From IMG/VR virus record IMGVR_UViG_3300046820_001062, positions 59,731 to 123,730 of that record: a DNA stretch of 64,000 nt. One strand, written 5' to 3'. The stretch's first letter is position 1. Each line of letters begins with the position of its first letter. Positions 18,589-28,704 of the stretch are shown one piece after another. Source of the stretch: a virus. The position numbers and the translations under genes were made by a program. The notes beneath the pieces were generated by a model that was not told the DNA's origin, did not search any database, and was given only the letters and a program-made list of their open reading frames with translations.

Positions 18589-19845
18589 TTATTGTCTTTT
18601 AAAAATATTAGCAGCCTGGCGAGGTATTCTTCTTGGTGCTGGTTTGTCATCTTCCTCATCTTTTACAGTTGATGCAATTTTACGTGCTTCTTCTGTTTTG
18701 AGTTTTCTAACAGTATCCTGCGTTACCTCATTCTTTGCTTGCTTTCTGATGTTTTCCTTATAATCATCAGGGTCAGATAGCAACCAAAGTGTCTCAGCAA
18801 TCAAGTCATATCTTGGTGTCTTTCCAAACTGATGGTCTTCTAAAAGTTTACCAAGCAAGTTTGTAGGACGTCCAGTCATACTTTCATACTTAACTGTTGT
18901 TAATTCATCCCATAAGAACTTCTGACGTTTACTATCAATCTTTACACCATTTAATTCAGCAGGTTTCAAAGTGTTATATATGTTTTCCATATACTCTTCT
19001 TTTTTCTTTTGCTGCTCTGCGCGGAATTGTTCCTGCTGTGCAATTTTTGATTGAACTACTTCTTCTTGCATTTGATCCAATTTTGGTTTGAACTGTTGGG
19101 CTTTTTTACCAATTGTTCCAGCTTCAACCCATTCTTGCAATTGATCTTCAATCAACTCATTGTCACCATTACCAAAGTTTGTAGCTTGTAGGTATTGACG
19201 TGCAATGATTTCTTGATGCTCTTGATTAGTAGGATCTAATGATCTTACTTCTTCAGTTTGAGCTAATGCGCGAAATAATCCTTTTATGTCAGTGCCACCT
19301 TTTGCAACATATTCTGCTGCATATTGTAGTTCTGATGGAAGTGATTCAAAGAACTCTTTTGGAGTTTGCTCTCTTAGAGCTTTTTCTCTCTCATCAAAGT
19401 TTGCCTGGATCAAGTCCTTCCAATCTTTAATAGAGTATTCCTCCATTGATTTATCATCCTCAAATGGAACTAACAAACCTTCCTCAATCAATTTTGAGAA
19501 TGTTTCTACCATTCCACTCTTGTCAATTTTTTTGCGTCCTTGTTTTTTCTCAGGGTCATCTTGACCTTCTGTGTCTTCCAAGTCAGCATCTAATTCAGCA
19601 ATTGCTTCATTAGTTTCAGCAGTCGTTACTGCTTTCTTTTTATTTGGATCTTCTGTACCATCATCATCTAAGAATGACATGTCTACAGGTTTTCCAGTTG
19701 AGAAAATTGTAGGCTTCTCTCCGCCTTGGTCATCATCATCAGATGTAACAATGCTCTCAGCTCCTGGCATTGGTAGAAAGTCATCAATGCTTTCTATTGT
19801 TACATTACTAACAGATGTTTGTTGGTTGTTGTCTGTTGTACTCAT
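18589..19845 (-). CDS. Scaffold-position protein (acidic, coiled coil)
   Basis: Very acidic N-terminus, helical body, basic C-terminal tail; between portal and MCP. Confidence 0.6.
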   Translation of the reverse strand: MSTTDNNQQTSVSNVTIESIDDFLPMPGAESIVTSDDDDQGGEKPTIFSTGKPVDMSFLDDDGTEDPNKKKAVTTAETNEAIAELDADLEDTEGQDDPEKKQGRKKIDKSGMVETFSKLIEEGLLVPFEDDKSMEEYSIKDWKDLIQANFDEREKALREQTPKEFFESLPSELQYAAEYVAKGGTDIKGLFRALAQTEEVRSLDPTNQEHQEIIARQYLQATNFGNGDNELIEDQLQEWVEAGTIGKKAQQFKPKLDQMQEEVVQSKIAQQEQFRAEQQKKKEEYMENIYNTLKPAELNGVKIDSKRQKFLWDELTTVKYESMTGRPTNLLGKLLEDHQFGKTPRYDLIAETLWLLSDPDDYKENIRKQAKNEVTQDTVRKLKTEEARKIASTVKDEEDDKPAPRRIPRQAANIFKRQ

Positions 19846-19883
19846 ACTATTTTTTGTTTAGTTGGTATTATTTCTAGTTCTTC

Positions 19884-19910
19884 TTCATATATAATCTACA
19901 AATAAACTTT
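19884..19910 (-). promoter_or_regulatory. Putative late promoter upstream of scaffold/MCP
   Basis: Minus-strand AAAGTTTATTTGTAGATTATATA resembles the motif upstream of other late genes. Confidence 0.35.
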
Positions 19911-19971
19911 GAAGATTTACACCCTCAAAGTGTATAGGCTACACATTTTTTGTATTATATAGCTATGACAG

Positions 19972-22701
19972 TTATTTACCGTCATATTTATTTTTATTTG
20001 TTTGTGCAATTTGTAATTCTTTTTGAGCAATTCTTTCTTTTGAAAGTAATTCCTGACGTTTTAACTCAAGTTTAGACTGCTCAGTAACTTGTTTATTCAC
20101 TTCTTTTTCTCTTGCTAAAGATTGATCTGCTTGTTTAGCATTCTTTTTATCAAGATATTCAAGGGTGTCAATATAATCATTCTGAGCATTTGCATCTCTA
20201 TCCTGCATTGCTGTGTAACCAGCAGAGCGAATTTCAGCAACTCTCTCATCAGATTCTCTATCAAGTGCTTTCTGTTCAGCGTCAAACTTAAGTTTAGCCT
20301 CAAGACGTTTGCTTTCACCTTCTTGGCGCATTTTCTCAGTTTCTTGCATTGCTTGCATTTCTTGTTGTTTAGCAGCAGATGTTTTCTCTTCAATAGACTT
20401 CATAACATGAGTAATTTCAGCCATAGAATCAGCCTTGATAATATTACCCAAGTCATAGATGGATGCACCTGAAGTATTATTAGAAATTGCAAGTGAGCGT
20501 ATTTGCTCAATTACTTGTCTCTGATTAACCTTTGTTGAGATAAAAATGTTCAAGTCTCTAGCCAATAATTCAGTACCATTAATTTCAAAGTTAACCTTTT
20601 CATCCATGGTAGTCAAATATTGCAACCTTAAACTTGGTTTATTTGAATGGTAATACTGAGAAAGGTCTGTACGCATTTGATGTACACGTGGCATCAAATA
20701 CTCAGAGTGTTGAGTAAAGTAAGGTTCAGTTTGAGAATAACTCATGTTGATTGCTTGCTCTATACCCTGTGCGGTTTCTTGTGCATTTACAGCACCCATA
20801 CGCTGAGGTGATAAACCAATTGCTTCAAAACACTGATTCTTAAAGTAGTTAGATAATTGAATACGTGACATCAAACGGTTTGTTTGTTCAAGATTCAATA
20901 CTTGGTAATGTTGGAAGTTTAAGGCATTTTCTGTATTTGTAATAGAAGTATCCAATGGTAACATTTGGAAGTTCTTCATTGCCACATACGCTTTAGAGAA
21001 ATTATCCTTACCCCAATCTTCACCCATTGAGTGACGTGGTAAAGCATTCTGATCCAACATGATAACTGTACCTAATTCATCTACAAGGATATCAGCTATC
21101 TGGTTATTGACCAAGTTATAACCAACTTGATAAGGTTTCATTTTGTCTACAAGAGACATAGATTTTGTATTTCTATCAGAGAATACAGCACCTTCTACTG
21201 GGAGTTTACAGCCATATAGTGTAAAATCTCCTTTGAACTGGAAACGTACAGGTTTTACATCAAGATACATTGGAGCAAATCCAAAGATATCATGATTGCC
21301 ATAGTAAGCTGGTCTGTTGGGACCAATCTTGACACCTCCCCAAGTTTCATTAATCCAGATCCAATCAATGTGTTCTCCATATACTAATGTTTCTCTATTT
21401 TTATTTTTGATAACTGTAGTATCATAAACAGGCTTATCTGTAACCTTATATGACTCATCTACAATCATGTCAATCAACATACCATTTTCATCAATTCTTG
21501 ATAAGTGACCAACCATGCGTTGTGACTTCCAGTATACAGTAGTCACACGTAACATACCCATATCTTTAAACTCTTGTAAGTCTTCTGACTCATTTAGAAT
21601 TTTAAAGATAATGTCATCACCTGTATTCATGTGCATTTCACTAGCACTTAGGAATTGACGCATTCCTAATGATGGACCATTTGTATTCCAATCATGAGAT
21701 CTTGTTGCGTCATAGAATGAACCATCATTCTGAACGCCAGGGATATTATAACCAGCTGATTTTACAGGATAGATTGCCTCCAAACTTTCAAGTTGATCTT
21801 CATCCATCATGTAACCATACTTATCAATAACATCAGCCAATGTAAGTAAGTCAACTCTACCAACCCAATTAGATTGTGAAATATATCTTGCTTCAGGAGA
21901 TTTATGATAGAATGTTAAAAGTGGATTCCACAACTCAACTTCATAATCATCTTCTGTCATTTTGAAATGCCAAAACTCTCTATCTGTAATAAGCATATCT
22001 CTAAAGGCCATATTCTCTAATTCTTTCATAGAGAATCTTTCCTCATCCACATTATGCTGGTGTGTAGCCCATTCTTCTACAAGTGATCTATAATCCTTTT
22101 TAAAGAAAGCTTCAATTTCAGGTAAAGATTTAATACTCTCAGGAGACATTAATTGTTGAGCTTGAGCTGCTTGTTCTTCATCTTCAAGATTTAATCCCAT
22201 TTTCTCAATGGTTTCTTGCATCTTTTTTTCTGCTCTAGCAACAAGAACTTCTTCTACCATTGCACGTTTTGCTTCAATCATCTCATTATATGAGATATCA
22301 TCAACTGCGCGGTATGTGATTTTGTCATTACGTTTAGCAAATTCTCCTGTGAGAACATTAATAACATTTGGTACAATAGGAAAGAACTTAAGTTCAAACG
22401 CACTCTGATCTTCTTTTGTCAGAACATCAATAAGTTCAGCTACTTCATTGTCTTCTTCTACAATGTAGTCTGACTTGTCAATAATACCATTTGCAAGCTT
22501 GTAATTTTTCAACAACCTTCTGGCATTTCTGCGTATCTGCTTAAGACCTTGCATTTCAAACCAGTCTAGGTTCCATGCTCCCCAAGCTTCATCTTTATCT
22601 TTTCTACGCAGAAATTGAACAGGCTGAGTTAGAGTACCCATTTTATTGTTCTCTACCTTAGCTCCATTTTTAAGCTGCATTGCGTTAACTACTGTTGGCA
22701 T
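19972..22701 (-). CDS. Portal protein (crAss-like)
   Basis: 909 aa directly downstream of terminase; FPIVPNVINVLTGEF motif; C-terminal coiled coil. Confidence 0.85.
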   Translation of the reverse strand: MPTVVNAMQLKNGAKVENNKMGTLTQPVQFLRRKDKDEAWGAWNLDWFEMQGLKQIRRNARRLLKNYKLANGIIDKSDYIVEEDNEVAELIDVLTKEDQSAFELKFFPIVPNVINVLTGEFAKRNDKITYRAVDDISYNEMIEAKRAMVEEVLVARAEKKMQETIEKMGLNLEDEEQAAQAQQLMSPESIKSLPEIEAFFKKDYRSLVEEWATHQHNVDEERFSMKELENMAFRDMLITDREFWHFKMTEDDYEVELWNPLLTFYHKSPEARYISQSNWVGRVDLLTLADVIDKYGYMMDEDQLESLEAIYPVKSAGYNIPGVQNDGSFYDATRSHDWNTNGPSLGMRQFLSASEMHMNTGDDIIFKILNESEDLQEFKDMGMLRVTTVYWKSQRMVGHLSRIDENGMLIDMIVDESYKVTDKPVYDTTVIKNKNRETLVYGEHIDWIWINETWGGVKIGPNRPAYYGNHDIFGFAPMYLDVKPVRFQFKGDFTLYGCKLPVEGAVFSDRNTKSMSLVDKMKPYQVGYNLVNNQIADILVDELGTVIMLDQNALPRHSMGEDWGKDNFSKAYVAMKNFQMLPLDTSITNTENALNFQHYQVLNLEQTNRLMSRIQLSNYFKNQCFEAIGLSPQRMGAVNAQETAQGIEQAINMSYSQTEPYFTQHSEYLMPRVHQMRTDLSQYYHSNKPSLRLQYLTTMDEKVNFEINGTELLARDLNIFISTKVNQRQVIEQIRSLAISNNTSGASIYDLGNIIKADSMAEITHVMKSIEEKTSAAKQQEMQAMQETEKMRQEGESKRLEAKLKFDAEQKALDRESDERVAEIRSAGYTAMQDRDANAQNDYIDTLEYLDKKNAKQADQSLAREKEVNKQVTEQSKLELKRQELLSKERIAQKELQIAQTNKNKYDGK

Positions 22702-22723
22702 AACCTTATGTATTTACTTTTAT

Positions 22724-24922
22724 TTATCTAATGTTTTTGAAAGGATTTCTAGGCTTTCTCAACTGTGTAGATGATGTGTGCTCATTCCCAAAATGGCGGA
22801 AAGGGCTCACTCTTAATTTAGCATTTTTATTTGATTTATCCAAATTAGCGTCATCTCTTTCAACACGTTTTGAGTATCCTCTGTTTGACTCTTGAACTTT
22901 GGCAAATGCGACTAAAGCACAGAATGCTACAAGTCTATCCACGTTTAGTCCTTCTTTGTATGCTGCCATTTCTCTTAACAGCATGATATCTGGTATTCTT
23001 TCAATACCATATGTTTGTTTTACTATAGTACCATCTGCCATGGTTTCTTGGTCTAATTCTTCCTCCAGAAACTGTATAGCATATGAGATTAAGTTTGTTT
23101 TAAATAGTGTTCCTACGTTTCTCCAACCATACTCTTGATAAACGTTTGTATTGCTGGACAGTTCTTTCAGAAATAAGATCTGATTTTTGGGAACCAAATA
23201 TCTTTGTTTTCTTCTAGAAATCATATACTGAATAAACAAGCTAATGTTATTCTCCACAATAGTCCATGCATTGTACCATTCTATGATCATTTCAAGACGC
23301 TCATGTGTTTTATTAAGGTCATCAAAACGCCCACACCAACTAGCTACAATTTTATCTCTTTCTATGTGCTGTTCAATAGTACCATCTGCTTTGTGTTTAG
23401 TAACCTCTTGTGCTGTCTTATAAACAAAGATAGAACAGAGTGAATCTGATGTGGTTGTTTTTCCTTCTGATACAGGGTCAATAGAAGCATAATACGCCCC
23501 AAACTGTGGATCTTTTGATGGTCTTTCGTAGACAACTATAACACCTTCTTTATCAACTGTTTTTGGAGATATAGGAAACTCTGATATAGGAAGTTTGCGT
23601 GATTCTTTTGCAACAATCTTACCATGCTCATCTCTAGATAAGTCTACAAATTCTCTAAAGTATTCTTGATCTTCAATTCTTCTTATCTGTTTTGTAACAA
23701 GATGTAATGGAAATTTAGAAACTTTTCTATACGCAAATGCTTCTTCAATGTTAATAGGTTTCTGAGAAATACGTAACTGATAGTCTTCTGGTTTAAGATT
23801 TCTTTTCCATTCTTCTCTTTCAGCAAGAATCATTTCTAATGCCTTGTCAACCAATGAGTTACCAAATTCATCTATGCAAGGAAGCATTGACCATTGCTCA
23901 GGAATAAATAAGCCACACTCAGCAATCTGCCCTTCAGCATTTACAAGATTTGTTTCTACTGCAAGTACATCTTTAGAAATAGGATTCATGATCATTTCTT
24001 TCAATGGCTCACATTGTTCCAAGTCACCCACAGATCCTGCAGCCACAAACATACCTGTGTATGTCATACCTGATTTCATTGCAGGTAATAAATACTCCAC
24101 TGTCTCATTCATCTTAGGGGCAATACCTGCCTCCTCATGATAGAATAATGTACAAGGACCCCCTACACCATTTGTTGGATCTTTCTCAAGAGCAAGTCCA
24201 AATATTACAGACTTTAAACCAACATCACGTTTTTTACCTCCTTGATTAACTTCAATCTTTTGTTCCCAGTTCAAAACTTTATCAGGATTACAAGGTCTAT
24301 ACCATGCAGTATGTGTATTCAAGAAGTTTCTATATTCTTCTAGAAAACGCCAAGTACCTTTTTCATTTATATAATCCTTCAGGGAACCAGCCATTTTGTT
24401 TATAGCACCTTCCTCAAAGTAAAACAGGTTAATCATTTTTCCTGCGTGGAAATAAGAGGATGCAATCTGACGTTTCTTTAAAATAGCAGCGTGCTTAGAA
24501 GATTGCTTTGCAATTTCCTCATACAATGCCATATGGTATTGGGCGTCCCTTACATCAGCAAATGTAAACTTTGCTACTTCCTTATTGTAAATAGGTAAAA
24601 AGTTAATCCACATGTAGTAGTCTCTTGCTAAAAACCATGTGTTCTTTTTGCCTTTAAAAATAACTCCTTTTCTACATTTTTCTTTTTGGTCATCCCAATA
24701 TTGAATGTAGTCTTTTGATCTTAATGGAGCTGTGCAAAATAATCTAAACTTATTAAACTTTCTAGCTTCTGCGTTAAACAACAATGATGTTTCATCAAAC
24801 TCATATTTTCCTGGTTCTTTAAAAATGGACCATAGAAATTCTACATACGCTTCTTTTGTCTCAAAGTCTGTGTGAGACCATGATTCAGTTTTAACATCAT
24901 ATGTTGGTATACTCAAATACAT
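22724..24922 (-). CDS. terL: Terminase large subunit
   Basis: LKKRQIASSY Walker A variant, HEEAG Walker B, ASIDPV RNase H-like nuclease motif, VENN, DRLVA. Confidence 0.92.
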   Translation of the reverse strand: MYLSIPTYDVKTESWSHTDFETKEAYVEFLWSIFKEPGKYEFDETSLLFNAEARKFNKFRLFCTAPLRSKDYIQYWDDQKEKCRKGVIFKGKKNTWFLARDYYMWINFLPIYNKEVAKFTFADVRDAQYHMALYEEIAKQSSKHAAILKKRQIASSYFHAGKMINLFYFEEGAINKMAGSLKDYINEKGTWRFLEEYRNFLNTHTAWYRPCNPDKVLNWEQKIEVNQGGKKRDVGLKSVIFGLALEKDPTNGVGGPCTLFYHEEAGIAPKMNETVEYLLPAMKSGMTYTGMFVAAGSVGDLEQCEPLKEMIMNPISKDVLAVETNLVNAEGQIAECGLFIPEQWSMLPCIDEFGNSLVDKALEMILAEREEWKRNLKPEDYQLRISQKPINIEEAFAYRKVSKFPLHLVTKQIRRIEDQEYFREFVDLSRDEHGKIVAKESRKLPISEFPISPKTVDKEGVIVVYERPSKDPQFGAYYASIDPVSEGKTTTSDSLCSIFVYKTAQEVTKHKADGTIEQHIERDKIVASWCGRFDDLNKTHERLEMIIEWYNAWTIVENNISLFIQYMISRRKQRYLVPKNQILFLKELSSNTNVYQEYGWRNVGTLFKTNLISYAIQFLEEELDQETMADGTIVKQTYGIERIPDIMLLREMAAYKEGLNVDRLVAFCALVAFAKVQESNRGYSKRVERDDANLDKSNKNAKLRVSPFRHFGNEHTSSTQLRKPRNPFKNIR

Positions 24923-24924
24923 AA

Positions 24925-25140
24925 TTAGTCTTTAGGTTCTTCTACAATCAACTTCAATGTGCTACCATCACTATAGTTCCAGATTCTTTGTTTTACAACA
25001 TATGTATCTGATCCAATAGAAATCCAGTCACCTTTTGATGGTGTATTTTTTACAAGTCTTGATGTCAAGTATCCATCAGATACATGCACAATTTCTACTC
25101 TTGTAGTTCTATTTCTCTCCAGTTCTTCGTGTAAGCTCAT
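24925..25140 (-). CDS. Hypothetical protein
   Basis: 71-aa ORF abutting terL. Confidence 0.5.
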   Translation of the reverse strand: MSLHEELERNRTTRVEIVHVSDGYLTSRLVKNTPSKGDWISIGSDTYVVKQRIWNYSDGSTLKLIVEEPKD

Positions 25141-25369
25141 CTAATAATTTTTTGTCACCATTAGTTTTCTTAATTATTTCTTGAACAGTTTCAATTTTAC
25201 TTGATCTGATTATAGCGTGTTTTGATTCACTGCCATTCCAGTAAGCAAAGTAATCATCTCTGTGGAAACCTGTCCAAGTAGAAGAATAGGCATTATAATG
25301 GAACACCCAATCGTAGCATGATAAATCCATATATAGTTGTTGTTGTTTTAATTTTTTATCCTTGATCAT
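25109..25369 (-). CDS. Hypothetical protein (likely start MIKDKK; the 198-aa track ORF over-extends)
   Basis: Coding-like 86-aa C-terminal part with a start overlapping the upstream stop; the upstream extension shadows 25356..25871. Confidence 0.5.
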   Translation of the reverse strand: MIKDKKLKQQQLYMDLSCYDWVFHYNAYSSTWTGFHRDDYFAYWNGSESKHAIIRSSKIETVQEIIKKTNGDKKLLDELTRRTGEK

Positions 25370-25871
25370 ACGCAAGGTGTTGACCTCCGCGTACCTGACT
25401 CTTCTGCTCTTCCATGAGATCTTTGTACGCCCCTTTGAACGATAGACGTATCTGCTCAAACTTTGCTGCAGCATTAACCAAAGAATTGATGTTACCATCC
25501 CTGCCGTGCTCAATTGTAGTCGTCTCCATGTATTTTGCCAAGCCATCAAGCATGTGCTTAATACCCATAAAAGCCCTGTATGTAGGAGTCTCATAAAGTT
25601 TTTTGCATAACTCAAGAGCTGCGATAATTGCATCATCTTCTGTAGAAAAATCTGCATTAATTTGTGAAAGTATAAGTTCTTCTTTTTCATTTTCTGGTGT
25701 ATCAAAAAAGGGATTTAAATCTGGGTTAGGGCAGGACATGTAGAATAGATATGCATAGACATTCATGTAACTATCAGGGTACTCTACCATGATTCTTTTT
25801 AAGTATGATAGTGTATGACAATGTTCTGTTGGAACAAGTACACCATTTTCTAAGTCAAATAATTTTACCAT
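25356..25871 (-). CDS. Conserved helical protein upstream of terL (possible small terminase)
   Basis: 171 aa, helical C-terminus; position. Function is inference only. Confidence 0.45.
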   Translation of the reverse strand: MVKLFDLENGVLVPTEHCHTLSYLKRIMVEYPDSYMNVYAYLFYMSCPNPDLNPFFDTPENEKEELILSQINADFSTEDDAIIAALELCKKLYETPTYRAFMGIKHMLDGLAKYMETTTIEHGRDGNINSLVNAAAKFEQIRLSFKGAYKDLMEEQKSQVRGGQHLAYDQG

Positions 25872-26716
25872 TAGTGTTTCTTTTTAATTACTTTATCTGC
25901 ATTATTCTTGTACCAAGTCATAATTGCAAGTACCTCATCCTTTAGGTAAGGAAGTTCATATGGTACAATCTCTTTTATGATAGGTTCTCCATCTGCATTT
26001 AATTTAGAAACAGGGTAACCAAATTCATCTTTTTCATCTTCTTCCTCAAAAGAAATATGATGTATAATTAGTTTACCAGGTTTCAAGTTTGGGTTGTGTT
26101 TAAGAATCATGTACATGTAAATTGATAACTGCAAATTATAATGATTCAAATTGCAATCATCAAGGTGTGATACTGGTGCATTCATTCTCTGAGAAACACC
26201 TTCCCAATTCTTAAAAGATTCTGTTTTAATTTCTTTGTTTGTTTTGTAGTCTGTGATGTGAACATATCCATCAGCCACTTCTACTAAATCACTCTGTCCA
26301 CAAATGCCGGCAGATCTCATGTAAACCATATGCTCAGGATAAATACCATCCATAAGTTTCTGAGAAGGTGCAACTTTCAAACCATGCTCATCTTGCATAG
26401 GTTTAATAACTGGCAATGTTTTGTCATAGCGAACTATGGTATCACAATTTGTGATATCTTGTTCTCTTTGGTCATGATACCAGTTACCTAATGTGCATGC
26501 TCTATCAGCTTCTTTCTTCCACGCTTCTTGTATTTGTTCTACTGTCATTCCAAACCATTTACTTTTTTTACTTGTAGATGATTTCTTTGCAATATTTGTA
26601 GAATCAAATGGTTGTTTTAACGCACTGATTAATGTTGTTACACTTATCCATCTGGTATTATCAGAAGGATCTACTGAAGTATAACTGTGGGTTTTTGGTT
26701 CAAATACTAAACTCAT
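25871..26716 (-). CDS. PD-(D/E)XK-family exonuclease
   Basis: SVTT, G...H, E.MVY, GQSDLV, DYKT, Y..QLS.Y motifs. Confidence 0.8.
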   Translation of the reverse strand: MSLVFEPKTHSYTSVDPSDNTRWISVTTLISALKQPFDSTNIAKKSSTSKKSKWFGMTVEQIQEAWKKEADRACTLGNWYHDQREQDITNCDTIVRYDKTLPVIKPMQDEHGLKVAPSQKLMDGIYPEHMVYMRSAGICGQSDLVEVADGYVHITDYKTNKEIKTESFKNWEGVSQRMNAPVSHLDDCNLNHYNLQLSIYMYMILKHNPNLKPGKLIIHHISFEEEDEKDEFGYPVSKLNADGEPIIKEIVPYELPYLKDEVLAIMTWYKNNADKVIKKKH

Positions 26717-26723
26717 ACTTAGT

Positions 26724-27035
26724 TTATTTATTAATACTCTGTCTAATTAAATCTTCTTCTTCCTGTGATGTTACAGCAAGCCAAAATCCTTTTGGACATG
26801 CTGATGATAAAGATCTTGTCTTTAACTTTAATGAACATCCACATTCAGAACAACATGGTTGTGTACCAATAACAGCACACTTGTCTCCTTTCAAATCAAT
26901 GTAAGGACACTTTACGCAAACTTCATTTCTTGAGAATGCAATCTCTTCAATGTGTTCTTTCTTGAAAATGTTATTCTTAACACCTTCAAAAATCTTGTTG
27001 CGTTCTTTCCAGATTTTAATTGTATTATTCAACAT
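26724..27035 (-). CDS. Cys-rich zinc-binding protein
   Basis: CVKC, C...PCCSECGC, CPKG.W. Confidence 0.65.
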   Translation of the reverse strand: MLNNTIKIWKERNKIFEGVKNNIFKKEHIEEIAFSRNEVCVKCPYIDLKGDKCAVIGTQPCCSECGCSLKLKTRSLSSACPKGFWLAVTSQEEEDLIRQSINK

Positions 27036-27408
27036 TGTCTAAATAGTTTTCTTTTAGTTTAATTACTTCTTTTTTTCTCTGTTGTTCTTGATCCATCTTT
27101 TCTAATATTGCTGTGTATTTTTCAATATCAGCTTTTACCTGTAAAGATGTCTCATACATTCTGATTGACTCAGAAGGATCTATCTTATTTAAAAAAGCAG
27201 TGTACTTTTCTAGTTTCTTCTCAACACGCTTTCTCATAAGCACAAAAGTTCCCATGTTGGGAACATTGACAGATGGTGAAGACACTGCACTTAATTTCTT
27301 TTGTGTGGTTCTATAAAAGAACGCTACTACATCATCTACTACAAGATGATCTAGCCCCAATGACTCTGCTGTCTTTTTGGTAATTTCCTTACGCTTTGTT
27401 GGATTCAA
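27025..27408 (-). CDS. HU/IHF-like protein
   Basis: KEITKKTAESLGL...VDDVV...SVNVPNMGTF pattern. Confidence 0.6.
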   Translation of the reverse strand: MNPTKRKEITKKTAESLGLDHLVVDDVVAFFYRTTQKKLSAVSSPSVNVPNMGTFVLMRKRVEKKLEKYTAFLNKIDPSESIRMYETSLQVKADIEKYTAILEKMDQEQQRKKEVIKLKENYLDNVE

Positions 27409-27784
27409 GTGCTAATATGTTATAGTCTAACAATACATTTCCTTTGCCATAAATGTTTAGTGATGGAGCCAATTGTATTTGTCTCTTTCCATCATTAATC
27501 TTTTGTACAATACCACGCTTTTCTAGCTTGGCCATTCTGTTACGCACGTTTTGTGCACGCACAGAAAACTCTTCCATTTCAATGTTCTTGTACAATCTTT
27601 TGGCAGCAGCATTACAGAACTTACCTAACTCAATAGGACCCCATAATGCAAGTAGTGTTAACAGTTCAATATCAGATGGTATTAAATGTTCTTTTTTGAA
27701 GAATATTAATTCTGTAATGATCTGATATTTAACCAATTCATAAGAGCTAACTCTAATCTTTTTTTGAACTCTGTTTACTTCCAT
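27389..27784 (-). CDS. Winged-helix DNA-binding protein (MarR-like)
   Basis: SDIELLTLL...AQNVRNRMAKLEKRGIV wing pattern. Confidence 0.55.
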   Translation of the reverse strand: MEVNRVQKKIRVSSYELVKYQIITELIFFKKEHLIPSDIELLTLLALWGPIELGKFCNAAAKRLYKNIEMEEFSVRAQNVRNRMAKLEKRGIVQKINDGKRQIQLAPSLNIYGKGNVLLDYNILALESNKA

Positions 27785-27960
27785 GGTTTTTTAATTTTTT
27801 AATTATTGTACCAATCACTCAGGAATTTCACCTGAACTACTCTCTCAACTTAGAACTGCGATTCTTTTGTTGATCTGTTCCACCAAACAGAATGAGTAAT
27901 GCTTTTTCTACGCTTACATCAGTGTGGTACTGGCGACTCCTGCATGGCATGCACCTTTTG

Positions 27961-28035
27961 TTGCGGGGGTAGGATTTGAACCTACGTTGTTTGGCTTATG
28001 AGACCAAGCTGGGACCTACTCCAGTCTACCCCGCC
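27961..28035 (-). tRNA. tRNA-Met(CAT), initiator-like, atypical D arm; CCA not encoded
   Basis: GGCGGGG/CCCCGCA acceptor with 1:72 mismatch; anticodon loop CTCATAA; T arm GTAGG-TTCAAAT-CCTAC. Confidence 0.85.
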
Positions 28036-28041
28036 AAACCT

Positions 28042-28296
28042 TTAATCCAGAATATTCTGAATCTTTGAAATGGTCTTCTGAGTACTACTAAGAACCTTCT
28101 TAGTGCGATCAGCTTCAGCCATCAAATCATTGATTTGATTATTGACCATGTCAATATGTTTTACTTGTTCTTCTTCTAAAGATTGTAAACTAGTCAATGT
28201 AGTTACAAATCCTGCAAGGATAGCGTCTTTTCTTTCTTGAAATGATCTAGATGAACTTGACGTACCTGTAAACTTGCTAATGATGGTTTTTAACAT
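28042..28296 (-). CDS. Hypothetical coiled-coil protein
   Basis: 84 aa with heptad pattern. Confidence 0.55.
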   Translation of the reverse strand: MLKTIISKFTGTSSSSRSFQERKDAILAGFVTTLTSLQSLEEEQVKHIDMVNNQINDLMAEADRTKKVLSSTQKTISKIQNILD

Positions 28297-28313
28297 AGTA
28301 ATAAGTTTTAAGG

Positions 28314-28601
28314 TTACCAGATAATTGCAATATCTCTTTCTGCAATCATTAATTTTAAATCTTCTCCAATAGAAACTACTCCAGCATTCTGAAGTGAATA
28401 TGTTTCTACAAATACTTTGTCTCCTGCTGCAACAAGAGTAACCTCATCACCCACAGCAAATACTTCTAATGCTGTCCATTTTGCCATCATTTCAGCTTCC
28501 ATTGCTGCTTCAGCTTCAGGTGATAACAACACCTTTGATTCTGGTTTTTTTGGTTTAGTAAGTAACACCCTTGTTCCTACTAGTTTTTTAAATTCTGCCA
28601 T
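28314..28601 (-). CDS. groES: GroES/Cpn10-like co-chaperonin
   Basis: RVLL, mobile loop (ESKVLLSPE), EVFAVG...V..GDKV, LMIAERDI. Confidence 0.75.
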   Translation of the reverse strand: MAEFKKLVGTRVLLTKPKKPESKVLLSPEAEAAMEAEMMAKWTALEVFAVGDEVTLVAAGDKVFVETYSLQNAGVVSIGEDLKLMIAERDIAIIW

Positions 28602-28631
28602 TGTTTATATTTATTTGGTTATTAAAATTTG

Positions 28632-28704
28632 AGCCTTCTGTAGGAGTTGAACCCACAACCTGCTGAGTACAAATCAGCTGCTCTACCAATTGAGCTAAGA
28701 AGGC
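28632..28704 (-). tRNA. tRNA-Thr(TGT)
   Basis: GCCTTCT/AGAAGGC acceptor; GCTGA-TTTGTAC-TCAGC anticodon arm; GGTTCAACTCC. Confidence 0.95.

Noticed and set aside
25370-25705. N-terminal extension of the 198-aa track ORF
   Set aside because: It is an alternate-frame shadow of 25356..25871 with non-coding-like composition.
25871-26716. Cas4 assignment
   Set aside because: It lacks the C-terminal three-Cys Fe-S cluster motif, so it is called a generic PD-(D/E)XK exonuclease.
27797-27830. FMN or cobalamin riboswitch suggested by GGTGAAATTCC
   Set aside because: Only the T-loop hairpin matches; the flanking conserved boxes are absent.
27900-27960. Theta/HDV-like ribozyme 3' of tRNA-Met
   Set aside because: A P1-like GGTGC/GTACC helix exists, but I could not build P2, P3/L3 or the catalytic-C junction. 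The other tRNA trailers also do not fit.
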